From contig JAZDNT010000002.1 of NCBI GenBank assembly GCA_043799405.1, positions 235,320-299,319 on the forward strand: a DNA stretch of 64,000 nucleotides. The letters run 5' to 3'. Positions 26,863 to 34,409 of the stretch are shown here, in pieces. Position 1 is the first letter of the stretch; the number at the start of each line of letters is the position of its first letter. Both the position numbers and the translations under genes were made by a program. Below the pieces are notes generated by a model, which was not told the DNA's origin, ran no database searches, and was given only the letters and a program-made list of their open reading frames with translations. The stretch comes from Candidatus Kerfeldbacteria bacterium. GTDB taxonomy: Bacteria; Patescibacteriota; Patescibacteriia; SBBC01.

Positions 26863-29190
26863 TCACTCCTCGGGGTGAAACCGTTTGAGCCTGAGCGAGT
26901 TCAGAACCACGAACAGCGATGAGAAAGCCATAGCGCCCGAGGCAATGACCGGGCTGAGCGTAATGCCGAAGGCAGGGAAGAGTGCGCCGGCAGCGATCGG
27001 AATGCCGAGGATATTGTAGATGAACGCCCAGAACAGGTTCTGCTTGATGTTTCCGAGCGTTGATTTGGATAGCTCAATGGCGCTCACGACCTGCAGCAGA
27101 TCGTTGCCGACGATCGTTATGTCAGCGGCTTCACGGGCGACGTCGGTGCCGGAACCCATAGCAATACCGACGTTCGCTTGTGCGAGAGCTGGCGCATCGT
27201 TAATGCCGTCGCCAACCATTGCTACTCGTACACCATTGTACTGTAACGCTTTGACCTTACCTGCTTTTTCCTGCGGCAGGACATTTGCAAGGACATGATC
27301 GCTCGGTATACCTGCTTGTTCTGCAATGGAAGTGGCGGTCATGCTATTATCGCCGGTAATGAGGTAGACGGCAACATTCAAGGCTTGAAGTCGCCCGATC
27401 GCTTTTCGGCTTGTTGGTTTTATTGTGTCAGAAACCGCCACTACGCCGATGCACTGTGTGCCAACACCAACCTGAACCGTGGTCTTGCCTTGCTTAGTCA
27501 ATCGTTCAAGGTCGTCATGGTACGCTTCTGTATCCATTGTAAGTTCGGCGAGTAACATCGACGAACCAACGGCGACACGCTGTCCCCGGATCGTTCCGGA
27601 TACACCCCGGCCCGGGTGGTTTTGAAAGTGCTCTACGGGCAGCAGTTCAAGGTTGCGGCGTCTAGCTTCGTCGACAATGGCTTTTGCCACTGGATGTTCG
27701 CTCTTAGCTTCTAAGGATGCGGCCAGCTGCAGGGAGTCGTTTTTGCCGAGGACATCAGTGACGCTAAGCTTGCCTGTTGTAATCGTGCCGGTCTTATCGA
27801 AGATGACTGTATCGATCTTATGGAGCGTTTCCAGGGCTTCGGCATCGCGTATTAGTATGCCATGTTCCGCGCCCTTGCCGACGCCGATCATGACCGCCGT
27901 TGGCGTTGCTAATCCGAGTGCGCACGGGCACGCAATGATGAGGACTGTAACGGTGAGGATCAAGGCGAAGCTAAGCGGAATGACGCCCGCTGGAGGAAAG
28001 ATGATCCATAAGGCAAAGGTGATGGCCGCGATAGCAATAACGATCGGTACGAACATCCCTGAGATCTTGTCTGCTAAGCGCTGTATCGGCGCCTGCGAAC
28101 TCTGCGCTTCTTCGACAAGGTTGATGATGTGGGACAGCATGGTGTCCTTGCCGACCTTTTCTGCCCGGAAGGTGAGCGTACCGCTGGTGTTCAGCGTTGC
28201 ACCGAACACCGCGCTTCCCGCCTGTTTTTCTACGGGCATACTTTCCCCGGAGATCATGGATTCGTCTATCGCCGATTGTCCGTCGATGACGACGCCGTCG
28301 ACGGCGATCTTCTCGCCAGGCCGGACGACAATGACGTCGCCGACGACGACCTGATCGAGCAGTACCTCGACTTCCTTGCCGTTCCTCACGACGCGGGCAA
28401 TCTTAGCCGCCAATCCGGCGAGTTTGCGGATCGCATCGTTCGCTCCGGCCTTAGCTTTAGCTTCGAGAAATTTACCGAACAGGATCAGCGTAACAATGAC
28501 GACGGTAACGTCGAAGTAGGTAGCCGGTTGTTGGCCGCTGCTGATGAACGCATTGGGAAAAGCGACAGCTACCACGCTGAAGGCGTAAGCCGCGGATGTG
28601 CCCATTGCGATGAGCGTGTCCATGTTCGCCCGGAAGAAACGGGCGCTCTTCAAGGCGCTCACGAAGAACTGCGATCCAGCCCAGAACAGGATGGGTGTCG
28701 CAAGGAAGAGCTTGATGATGTTCCAGGTATTGTCCGAAAGCGTTTCCGCACCGAACAGGCGGAGGACGTCAGGAAGCAGGATAACTACCGAGCCGACAGC
28801 GCCTACTGTGACCTTGGTTTTTAATTTCCGCAACTCTTCTTGCCGAAGCATGCGTGCATGGTCATGTACGCCGTGCTCAGGGGAGCGAGACGCAGCGTGT
28901 TCATGGGCGGGCGCGTGTTCGCCATTCCCTTGAGCCCCTTCTCTCAAATGAGGGGAGGGGTGGGGGGTGGGGCCGATGACCGCTGTGTAGCCGAGTTTTC
29001 CGATCTGCGCAGCAATTGTGGTCGGCGCGCAGCAGGACGGATCATAGTCGACCTGTCCGCGTTCGGTCGCATAGTTGACCTGTGCGCTCATTACGCCCGG
29101 CAGCTTCTTTACCACACGCTCGATGTTCTTCGCGCATGATGCGCAGTGCATGCCAACGATCGGGAACCTCGTTGTGACCGTTTGCGGCAT
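26863..29190 (-). CDS. copA: Copper-translocating P1B-type ATPase
   Basis: N-terminal HMA domain with [13 protein letters not shown] His-rich linker. CPC motif ([12 protein letters not shown]). [15 protein letters not shown]. Confidence 0.95.
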   Translation of the reverse strand: MPQTVTTRFPIVGMHCASCAKNIERVVKKLPGVMSAQVNYATERGQVDYDPSCCAPTTIAAQIGKLGYTAVIGPTPHPSPHLREGAQGNGEHAPAHEHAASRSPEHGVHDHARMLRQEELRKLKTKVTVGAVGSVVILLPDVLRLFGAETLSDNTWNIIKLFLATPILFWAGSQFFVSALKSARFFRANMDTLIAMGTSAAYAFSVVAVAFPNAFISSGQQPATYFDVTVVIVTLILFGKFLEAKAKAGANDAIRKLAGLAAKIARVVRNGKEVEVLLDQVVVGDVIVVRPGEKIAVDGVVIDGQSAIDESMISGESMPVEKQAGSAVFGATLNTSGTLTFRAEKVGKDTMLSHIINLVEEAQSSQAPIQRLADKISGMFVPIVIAIAAITFALWIIFPPAGVIPLSFALILTVTVLIIACPCALGLATPTAVMIGVGKGAEHGILIRDAEALETLHKIDTVIFDKTGTITTGKLSVTDVLGKNDSLQLAASLEAKSEHPVAKAIVDEARRRNLELLPVEHFQNHPGRGVSGTIRGQRVAVGSSMLLAELTMDTEAYHDDLERLTKQGKTTVQVGVGTQCIGVVAVSDTIKPTSRKAIGRLQALNVAVYLITGDNSMTATSIAEQAGIPSDHVLANVLPQEKAGKVKALQYNGVRVAMVGDGINDAPALAQANVGIAMGSGTDVAREAADITIVGNDLLQVVSAIELSKSTLGNIKQNLFWAFIYNILGIPIAAGALFPAFGITLSPVIASGAMAFSSLFVVLNSLRLKRFHPEE

Positions 29191-29402
29191 TATTTGGTAA
29201 CCTCGACCGGATACCCTTCTTTTTCGAGGATTTTTGCTAGCTGTTCCGTATCGAACTTGTCCTCATGTTCGACCGTGAGGGTTTTTTTATGCGGGTTTAC
29301 CTCGGCCTTTGTAACGCCGGCAGTATCCTCGCACACTCCCTCCATAACGAGAGCGCAGCTCGAACAGTCGATTTTTTTTACCCTGAACGTGGTCTTCTTC
29401 AT
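29190..29402 (-). CDS. copZ: Heavy-metal-associated (CopZ-like) copper chaperone
   Basis: 70 aa with a DCSSCA metal-binding motif and a ferredoxin-like pattern. Its stop overlaps the copA start by 1 nt (TAATG). Confidence 0.85.
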   Translation of the reverse strand: MKKTTFRVKKIDCSSCALVMEGVCEDTAGVTKAEVNPHKKTLTVEHEDKFDTEQLAKILEKEGYPVEVTK

Positions 29403-29482
29403 CCCATTAGAAAGATAGACATGGAATAATATACTGAGATTGATAGTTTATGATGCCGTATAGAGGGGTTTTCTAACGGGAT

Positions 29483-30493
29483 TCATATCGCAATGATTGT
29501 TCCCCGGTACATGCCCATTCCGCAGGTGAAGATGTAGCGTCCGGGATTACTAAACGTTGCAGTGATCGTAGTCGGTGTACCAGAGGAAAGAGTCTGCTCG
29601 ATATTGAGTTGCGGAATCCTGAAGATGCTCGTACAGCCGAGGTTCCCCTTCGGTTGCAGCGTGAGCGTAACGGGCGAACCTGCGGGTACGGTCACCTCGT
29701 CGGGCGAGTAGCCGTTCGCTTGAACGGTAATCACAGGACGATCGTCAGCCTCCGTTGCAGTACCATGTGCAGAATCCTCGCCGAGCAGTCCGTTCTCAAT
29801 GGCACGAACGACGTTGTGGAACTCGTACGGCGAGTCAGTGAGGATCAGGGACCCGTTGATCGTGAAAAGACCGAGGAATATGACGATCGCTGCTGCGGTG
29901 AATGTCAGCTTACGCTGGAGGAACGCGGTTCCTTTTGCAAGCACGCCGATGATGATGAACAGTGGTGCTGTGCCGAGCGTGAAGCCGAGCATGATGCTGG
30001 CAGCCTGCAGGGCGTTACCCGCCGCGATCGAGGCGACCTCCATTGCCTGCGTCGTGCCGCAGGGGATGAAAATAGTGAGAAGTCCGAGGATGACCGGTGC
30101 GAAGAGTGCGCGGCTTTTTGTGTTTTTCCGTACTATTCGACGTACAGCCGAAGGCGGCATGATCGTGAGCCATGGGAGGAATCTCGGCGCGACGAGCCGA
30201 ATGCCAGTGAGGACCATGAACGTTCCAGCGATCACCTGCAGCCAGACGCGGACCGGCGTTGTGAGCGCGATACGGTCGCCGAACCAGCCGAGCCCGAATC
30301 CGAAGAGCGTGTGGATGACAATTTTTGCTAAAAGAAAGGCGGCGACCGGAATAAGAAGTCGCTGCCATGTCCGTGGTTGATCCTGATCCTCATCGCGACG
30401 TGCGAGAATAGCAAGAAGAAGGCCGCCTTGAACCGCGAGGCAGGTGAGTCCGCCCGTTGTGATACCCGTGATGAAAGCTGTTAGAAAGTTCAT
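29483..30493 (-). CDS. Polytopic membrane protein (TauE/DsbD-like) fused to a C-terminal cupredoxin-like domain
   Basis: N-terminus FITGITTGGLTCLAVQGG plus 6 or more TM helices. The C-terminus reads ITVQANGYSPDEVTVPAGSPVTLTL...GRYIFTCGMGMYRGTI. It is the first gene of the cop operon. Confidence 0.8.
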   Translation of the reverse strand: MNFLTAFITGITTGGLTCLAVQGGLLLAILARRDEDQDQPRTWQRLLIPVAAFLLAKIVIHTLFGFGLGWFGDRIALTTPVRVWLQVIAGTFMVLTGIRLVAPRFLPWLTIMPPSAVRRIVRKNTKSRALFAPVILGLLTIFIPCGTTQAMEVASIAAGNALQAASIMLGFTLGTAPLFIIIGVLAKGTAFLQRKLTFTAAAIVIFLGLFTINGSLILTDSPYEFHNVVRAIENGLLGEDSAHGTATEADDRPVITVQANGYSPDEVTVPAGSPVTLTLQPKGNLGCTSIFRIPQLNIEQTLSSGTPTTITATFSNPGRYIFTCGMGMYRGTIIAI

Positions 30494-30508
30494 GGGTGTG
30501 GAAAAGTC

Positions 30509-30525
30509 TACTACATAGTGTAGTA
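30509..30525. promoter_or_regulatory. Perfect 7-3-7 palindrome upstream of the copper operon (candidate operator)
   Basis: TACTACA-tag-TGTAGTA, 16 nt upstream of the start codon at 30493. Each arm contains a TACA/TGTA half-site. Confidence 0.4.
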
Positions 30526-30588
30526 AGCCTGCGGCATTACGTCAAACGAGGCACTACATGGTGCCTTCGGATTAACGAACCGCACTAA

Positions 30589-31419
30589 TTATTCGGCCGT
30601 GCGTGCGGTCGATTCGCCGTACTCGATACTGAACTTCACACGGCCGTACGGCATTTTCTTCGGCGGATTGTCGAGGTCGAGCTCGACCCGATTCGGGATG
30701 AGGGACGTTTCCTGGCGTTCACGAGGCGCTCCCTCCTCGTTGAACAATTTCGGCATTTCCAGTTTAGTCGCTGGCGTTCCAGCTAAGTCAATGACTGCGC
30801 CGAGGTGGACGCTGTCGCTTTCTCCCTCGGCCGTCTTGGTGATCTCCCTGTACACGGTCGTCTTCGCATCCATGACGAATTTTTCAACACGCTTTTTGTC
30901 ATTATCAACGGCCACCGTTACGTCACCTGATGCAACCATAGCGTCAAGCGTTTCCTTAGAAGGTCGAAGCACTGCCTCGGGGAACGTCGCAAGTTCGCCA
31001 TCGCCCCAACTTGAGCCGCTTGTACCTCTTTCGGTACGACCATGGCGCACATTTGAAAGGTGGATATTTTTTCCGATGACATCAAGATTATCGAACTCGA
31101 CGCTGCCGACGTTCCATGTCTCATAGCGCTCTTTGTCCGATTCAGTCTGTACATTCGGATCTTGTTCGGTAATAGGAGTTCCCTGTTCATCGACTAAGAC
31201 CTTTCCGGTCTCGGGATCGGTTTTTATCCGTTCACCGGTAAATGAACCCTTGATGAACGTTGCACCGTTCTGACCTTTTTCGTATTTGGTCTGTTGATAT
31301 TCCCGGCCGTCGTACGCATACCTAGTATCGAACGTTTCGTTTCCTTCAATGTCGGTTTCATCTGAACCTTCAATGTATTGATCGAGTTTTGGTGCTCGTC
31401 CGTGTTCAGGGTTTTCCAT
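30589..31419 (-). CDS. Hypothetical acidic soluble protein (276 aa)
   Basis: Long ORF of plausible composition with no TM segment or signal. It has an AT-rich upstream region. No motif recognised. Confidence 0.7.
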   Translation of the reverse strand: MENPEHGRAPKLDQYIEGSDETDIEGNETFDTRYAYDGREYQQTKYEKGQNGATFIKGSFTGERIKTDPETGKVLVDEQGTPITEQDPNVQTESDKERYETWNVGSVEFDNLDVIGKNIHLSNVRHGRTERGTSGSSWGDGELATFPEAVLRPSKETLDAMVASGDVTVAVDNDKKRVEKFVMDAKTTVYREITKTAEGESDSVHLGAVIDLAGTPATKLEMPKLFNEEGAPRERQETSLIPNRVELDLDNPPKKMPYGRVKFSIEYGESTARTAE

Positions 31420-31539
31420 AATCGATTAGAGTTTAATTAAGTAACAGAATACTATACACGATATTTTCCTTGTAGTCAAGTGTAACACGAATTAACAGTT
31501 CTTTGTAAGAACTCACTTGATTTGTTATTCGGATTACTA

Positions 31540-31840
31540 TGGCGCGCCCGGCAGCCCCGCACTATTCGCTACGCTCAAGTGCGGGATCTTCGAGATTTGT
31601 CCAGCGGCCCTTTTTGTTACAATCGACTATTACAGTTGCTGACCGCCGCCCTGCCTGGTGCGCTCGGGAGGATTTGAACCTCCGGCCCTCAGCTCCGCAA
31701 GCTGAGGCTCTATCCGGACTGAGCTACGCGCGCCCAGGCAGGGCGGCGTCTGAATAATTTAAGTAACGTTGATATATTAGCTGATGCGGTACCTGCCTCG
31801 CACCCGCAGTGGTGCGGGGTCCGGACTGAGCTACGGGCGC
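31540..31840 (-). other. tRNA-Arg-like outer shell: a 5' fragment (acceptor, D-stem, D-loop) and a 3' acceptor+CCA fragment bracketing the intact tRNA-Arg
   Basis: On the minus strand, GCGCCCG-TA-GCTC-AGTCCGGA (31840-31820) is near-identical to the inner gene's 5' end and is then broken by CCCCGCAC. Far downstream, GTGCGGGG-CTGC-CGGGCGC-G-CCA (31562-31540) has an acceptor strand that is a perfect complement of GCGCCCG. Confidence 0.4.
31656..31733 (-). tRNA. tRNA-Arg (anticodon GCG)
   Basis: Manual cloverleaf: GCGCGCG TA GCTC AGTCCGGATA GAGC C TCAGC TTGCGGA GCTGA GGGCC GGAGG TTCAAAT CCTCC CGAGCGC A CCA. There is one G-A mismatch in the acceptor stem. CCA is encoded. Confidence 0.85.
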
Positions 31841-31914
31841 ACGCCGGAATATCTTAGCATACCATTGAGTTATTACAACCAGATGAATACCCGTCGCTTG
31901 TACAGCCAATAAAC

Positions 31915-31938
31915 CACCGCATGTGTCGATGCACGGTG
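31915..31938 (-). terminator. Hairpin downstream of the 166-aa membrane protein gene
   Basis: On the minus strand, CACCGTGCAT-CGACA-CATGCGGTG is followed by GTTTATT. The stem is imperfect. Confidence 0.35.
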
Positions 31939-31956
31939 TTTCCTGAACGATTTCTA

Positions 31957-32457
31957 TTAGATCCTGAACAGCCTTCCTATCGCGTCCGAGGTCGCCTCGT
32001 CCTCCTTTGAAAGGTCTTCCTGAATGAACCTGCGAAGCTGTTTTCTGATCTCAACGGGGTTCGCATCCTCGAGCGCGATGCCGATCAGCGGACGGAGCGC
32101 GCTCTTGAAGGTGAAGTAGATCGTTTTTGCCGGCGGTTTGTAGATGATCCAGAAGTTCTTGATGTCGTCAAACGGGAAGAAGTCCTTTCCGATGCCGATG
32201 CCGTCCTCGAATATTGTCGCGGTCAGCACCCGCGGTTTCTGGCGCGAGCGGTAGTAGAAGATCGACCAGCCGATGATGACAATGAAGGCGAACAGGGGAT
32301 TTCTCGAGAAGATCGCGTACGTTAACAGCGCAAGCCCGATGACCGTCATGATGGCGTACCACATCCGCGTATAGGCATAGTGGGGGATTTCCGGAAACTT
32401 CCACGATAGCAGCGAGCTGCCGTGGTCGATCACTTGGTTTTGTTCTGGTTGCGCCAT
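31957..32457 (-). CDS. Hypothetical membrane protein (166 aa, two TM helices plus a soluble C-terminal domain)
   Basis: TM helices MWYAIMTVIGLALLTYAIF and LFAFIVIIGWSIFYY, followed by a domain of about 100 aa. Confidence 0.75.
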   Translation of the reverse strand: MAQPEQNQVIDHGSSLLSWKFPEIPHYAYTRMWYAIMTVIGLALLTYAIFSRNPLFAFIVIIGWSIFYYRSRQKPRVLTATIFEDGIGIGKDFFPFDDIKNFWIIYKPPAKTIYFTFKSALRPLIGIALEDANPVEIRKQLRRFIQEDLSKEDEATSDAIGRLFRI

Positions 32458-32532
32458 AGGTGCACCTCCTTATGTAGAGTGTACCACGTTTGAACAATTC
32501 AATATATCCACCGAGACCATCGCCGGTTAAAT

Positions 32533-32846
32533 GGTTTTCCCCGCTCCTTGATTTAAGGCATCAAATGATTGCGGGATCGCGCCAATAGCGGAGGGTGAAG
32601 GATTCCCGCCGACCTCCTCGGCTGTGCTCGGAGTTTGGCGGGCAGGCGAACCTACGATCCCGCCTTTGGCGGGCAAGACTCATGAGGAGAGCGGAGGCGG
32701 TAGGATTCGAACCCCGTATAAGCGCTACGCGCTTTACGGGGCAAGCCCCCGATACCTTTGCAGGTATTCCGGTTTTTCAGGCGAAGCCGGATCCGGCTCT
32801 GTCGGGCAAGACTCATGAGGAGAGCGGAGGCGGTAGGATTCGAACC
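32533..32846 (-). repeat. Scrambled tRNA-Ser-derived fragments and direct repeats downstream of the nested tRNA-Ser(UGA) pair
   Basis: A 44-nt direct repeat, GGTTCGAATCCTACCGCCTCCGCTCTCCTCATGAGTCTTGCCCG, occurs at 32846-32803 and 32713-32670. A repeat of about 73 nt (T-loop 3' half, acceptor, trailer hairpin) occurs at 32942-32870 and 32605-32533. There is also a chimeric interrupted T-arm, GTAGGTTC|42 nt|GAATCCTTC. Confidence 0.5.
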
Positions 32847-33061
32847 TACGAGACCTTTTCAGGTCTAGCGGTTTTTCCCGCTCTTTGATCTAGTGTATCA
32901 AATGTTTGCGGGATCGCGCCAATGGCGGAGGGTGAAGGATTCGAACCTTCGAGACCATTGCTGGTCTAACGGTTTTCAAGACCGTCGCTTTCGACCGCTC
33001 AGCCAACCCTCCGCCATTGGCGGGACAAGACTGCCCGATTCAACCACTCTCGCACGCCTCC
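32825..33061 (-). tRNA. Interrupted tRNA-Ser(UGA)-like gene (outer) whose 150-nt anticodon-loop insert contains the complete inner tRNA-Ser(UGA)
   Basis: Exon 1 (33061-33026): GGAGGCG TG CGA GAGTGGTTGAA TCG G GCAGT CTTG. Exon 2 (32875-32825): AAA ACCGC TAGACCTGAAAAGGTCTC GTAGG TTCGAAT CCTAC CGCCTCC G. Joined, these give an 87-nt type-II cloverleaf with one A-C mismatch in the anticodon stem. Whether it is expressed or spliced is unknown. Confidence 0.5.
32923..33012 (-). tRNA. tRNA-Ser (anticodon UGA)
   Basis: GGAGGGT TG GCT GAGCGGTCGAA AGC G ACGGT CTTGAAA ACCGT TAGACCAGCAATGGTCTC GAAGG TTCGAAT CCTTC ACCCTCC G CCA. All stems are Watson-Crick and it has a long variable arm. Confidence 0.9.
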
Positions 33062-33106
33062 GCTCTCCCTACGAATTGTCACCTTAGACCACTCAGCCAA
33101 CCTTCC
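33062..33106 (-). other. Orphan 5' fragment of a third type-II tRNA (acceptor plus D-arm 5' part)
   Basis: GGAAGGT TG GCT GAGTGGTCTAA is followed by non-tRNA sequence that ends in GGAGAGC, which pairs with the trailer of the outer Ser(UGA). I could not assemble a colinear 3' partner. Confidence 0.4.
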
Positions 33107-33114
33107 ATAAATCA

Positions 33115-33462
33115 CTACCGACGAATTTGGTTATTTTCTGGTTTCGTGTGGTGGTATTTACCGAGGATGTCTTTTGCAACCATATTGAACGCTTCCTCAA
33201 TATCGATGTTGAGTTGGTTCGAAAGCCTGCAGAGCGCGAAGAAGAGGTCGCCGATGCCGTCCTTGAAGATCATAGTATGTTTCTTCACGAACGCAACTCG
33301 TTCCTTCTCCGATTTGTAGCGGAGGTGCTGCGACATTTCGATGAGTTCCTCGTGGAGGTGGTCGAATTTGTCGACATTCGGGACGTCTTTCCAACGGTTG
33401 CGTCGTGAAAATACCTTCACAAGCGCCTGCGCATCACGCATGGAACTGATTCGTTGTTGCAT
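33115..33462 (-). CDS. MazG-like nucleotide pyrophosphohydrolase (115 aa)
   Basis: Helical protein with HLHEELIEMSQ...IGDLFFALCRLSNQLNIDIEEAF, which fits the EExxE...D pattern of the MazG family. Confidence 0.8.
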   Translation of the reverse strand: MQQRISSMRDAQALVKVFSRRNRWKDVPNVDKFDHLHEELIEMSQHLRYKSEKERVAFVKKHTMIFKDGIGDLFFALCRLSNQLNIDIEEAFNMVAKDILGKYHHTKPENNQIRR

Positions 33463-33478
33463 AGGTATTGTTAATTAT

Positions 33479-33573
33479 CTGGCGGGACACTCGAGTTAGG
33501 TACCCAACCCGCGCAAGCATTATACGGGTTTTCTGACGATTTTTCTAGAGGGTGATTCGAGGTACATGGGTCA
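33479..33573 (-). repeat. Intergenic repeat element, copy 1 (promoter plus leader upstream of the MazG-like gene)
   Basis: Shares these blocks with copy 2: tggcgg[g/a]acac..gagttaggtacc, ttttctgacgattttt, gagg.ca.g.gggtc. On the minus strand it carries TATAAT (33524-33519). Confidence 0.5.
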
Positions 33574-33583
33574 CTCAAAAACT

Positions 33584-34270
33584 CTATGTGCGGTAAGATC
33601 GTGACTCGATTCTCTCGGCGCGTAATTTCAGAACTCGCTCCGAGATTAATCGGGCTATATCTTCTCGAGAATACTTCGGATGTTTCGAGTATGCTGGGTG
33701 CAAAGTACTTAAAACCCCCCAAATCGCTTGGTGATCACCGGGTTGAGCATCGACCCATTCATTAAATATTGACAGACGAGCTAATTCGCCGATGTCGCGT
33801 TCTTTTCGCTCATCAGTTGTCATTGGCAGTAGCGCACTTTCGAAAATGAGATGAAAATCTGGACCGAATACTTTATTACATATCTGACGTGTCCGGGGAA
33901 TATGGTAATCCGCTGCAACGATAACAAGACTGTGCCACTTTTTCGGGATCGCAAAGAGTGTTTTTACAAAGTATGCGTTTCCAATCGTTTCTTTTGACTG
34001 CTCCTCTTTGAGTATACAACTCGATGGACAGCCAAGCTGTTCAGCAAATTCTGCCATAGCCGCAGCCTCGGTTCGTAACGGCACCATTACACTCGATGAT
34101 GCCCAAGCTCCTGACATTACTATCACTGGAGCAAGCTTGTCATTCCACAATTGAACCGCCTTTTTGACTCGAACACGTGAGTTGTTTTCAAGTGATCCGT
34201 CAGGGTTTATTCCCCCGCCGAATACTACAATGGCGTCAAACATGTGAACATTTACTTTTTTTACTAGCAA
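33584..34270 (-). CDS. DUF218/YdcF-family protein
   Basis: FDAIVVFGGGINPDGS...VIVMSGAWASS...TEAAAMAEF...KETIGNAYF...VIVAADYHIPRT fits the YdcF/ElyC pattern. Confidence 0.8.
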   Translation of the reverse strand: MLVKKVNVHMFDAIVVFGGGINPDGSLENNSRVRVKKAVQLWNDKLAPVIVMSGAWASSSVMVPLRTEAAAMAEFAEQLGCPSSCILKEEQSKETIGNAYFVKTLFAIPKKWHSLVIVAADYHIPRTRQICNKVFGPDFHLIFESALLPMTTDERKERDIGELARLSIFNEWVDAQPGDHQAIWGVLSTLHPAYSKHPKYSREDIARLISERVLKLRAERIESRSYRT

Positions 34271-34298
34271 TTGGGTCTACTCCAATACTTTGCTCTCT

Positions 34299-34392
34299 TG
34301 GCGGAACACATGAGTTAGGTACCACCGCCAGAGGGATATTGTAAGGCTTTTCTGACGATTTTTATAGGCGCGAATTTGAGGCAGGTGGGTCG
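34299..34392 (-). repeat. Intergenic repeat element, copy 2 (upstream of the DUF218 gene)
   Basis: See copy 1. On the minus strand it carries TACAAT (34343-34338). Its downstream end, TCCGCCAAGAGAGCAAAGTATTGGAGTAGACCC, resembles the 3' end and trailer of the outer tRNA-Ser(GCU), TCCGCCAAGAGAACCAAGTATCGTACGACCC. Confidence 0.5.
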
Positions 34393-34409
34393 GGTGGGCC
34401 GGCAGCTTT

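Noticed and set aside
32876-33025. Group I self-splicing intron as an explanation for the anticodon-loop inserts
   Set aside because: The inserts are only 148-150 nt, and about 90 nt of that is a tRNA. I see no room for, or trace of, the conserved P3-P8 core. The insertion positions and the additional D-loop and T-loop inserts are also atypical for bacterial group I tRNA introns. This is not fully excluded without a covariance-model search.
32533-33110. Could the repeated units here be a CRISPR array?
   Set aside because: The repeats are tRNA-derived (T-arm and acceptor sequences), irregular in length and spacing, and occur only twice each. No cas genes are in the window.
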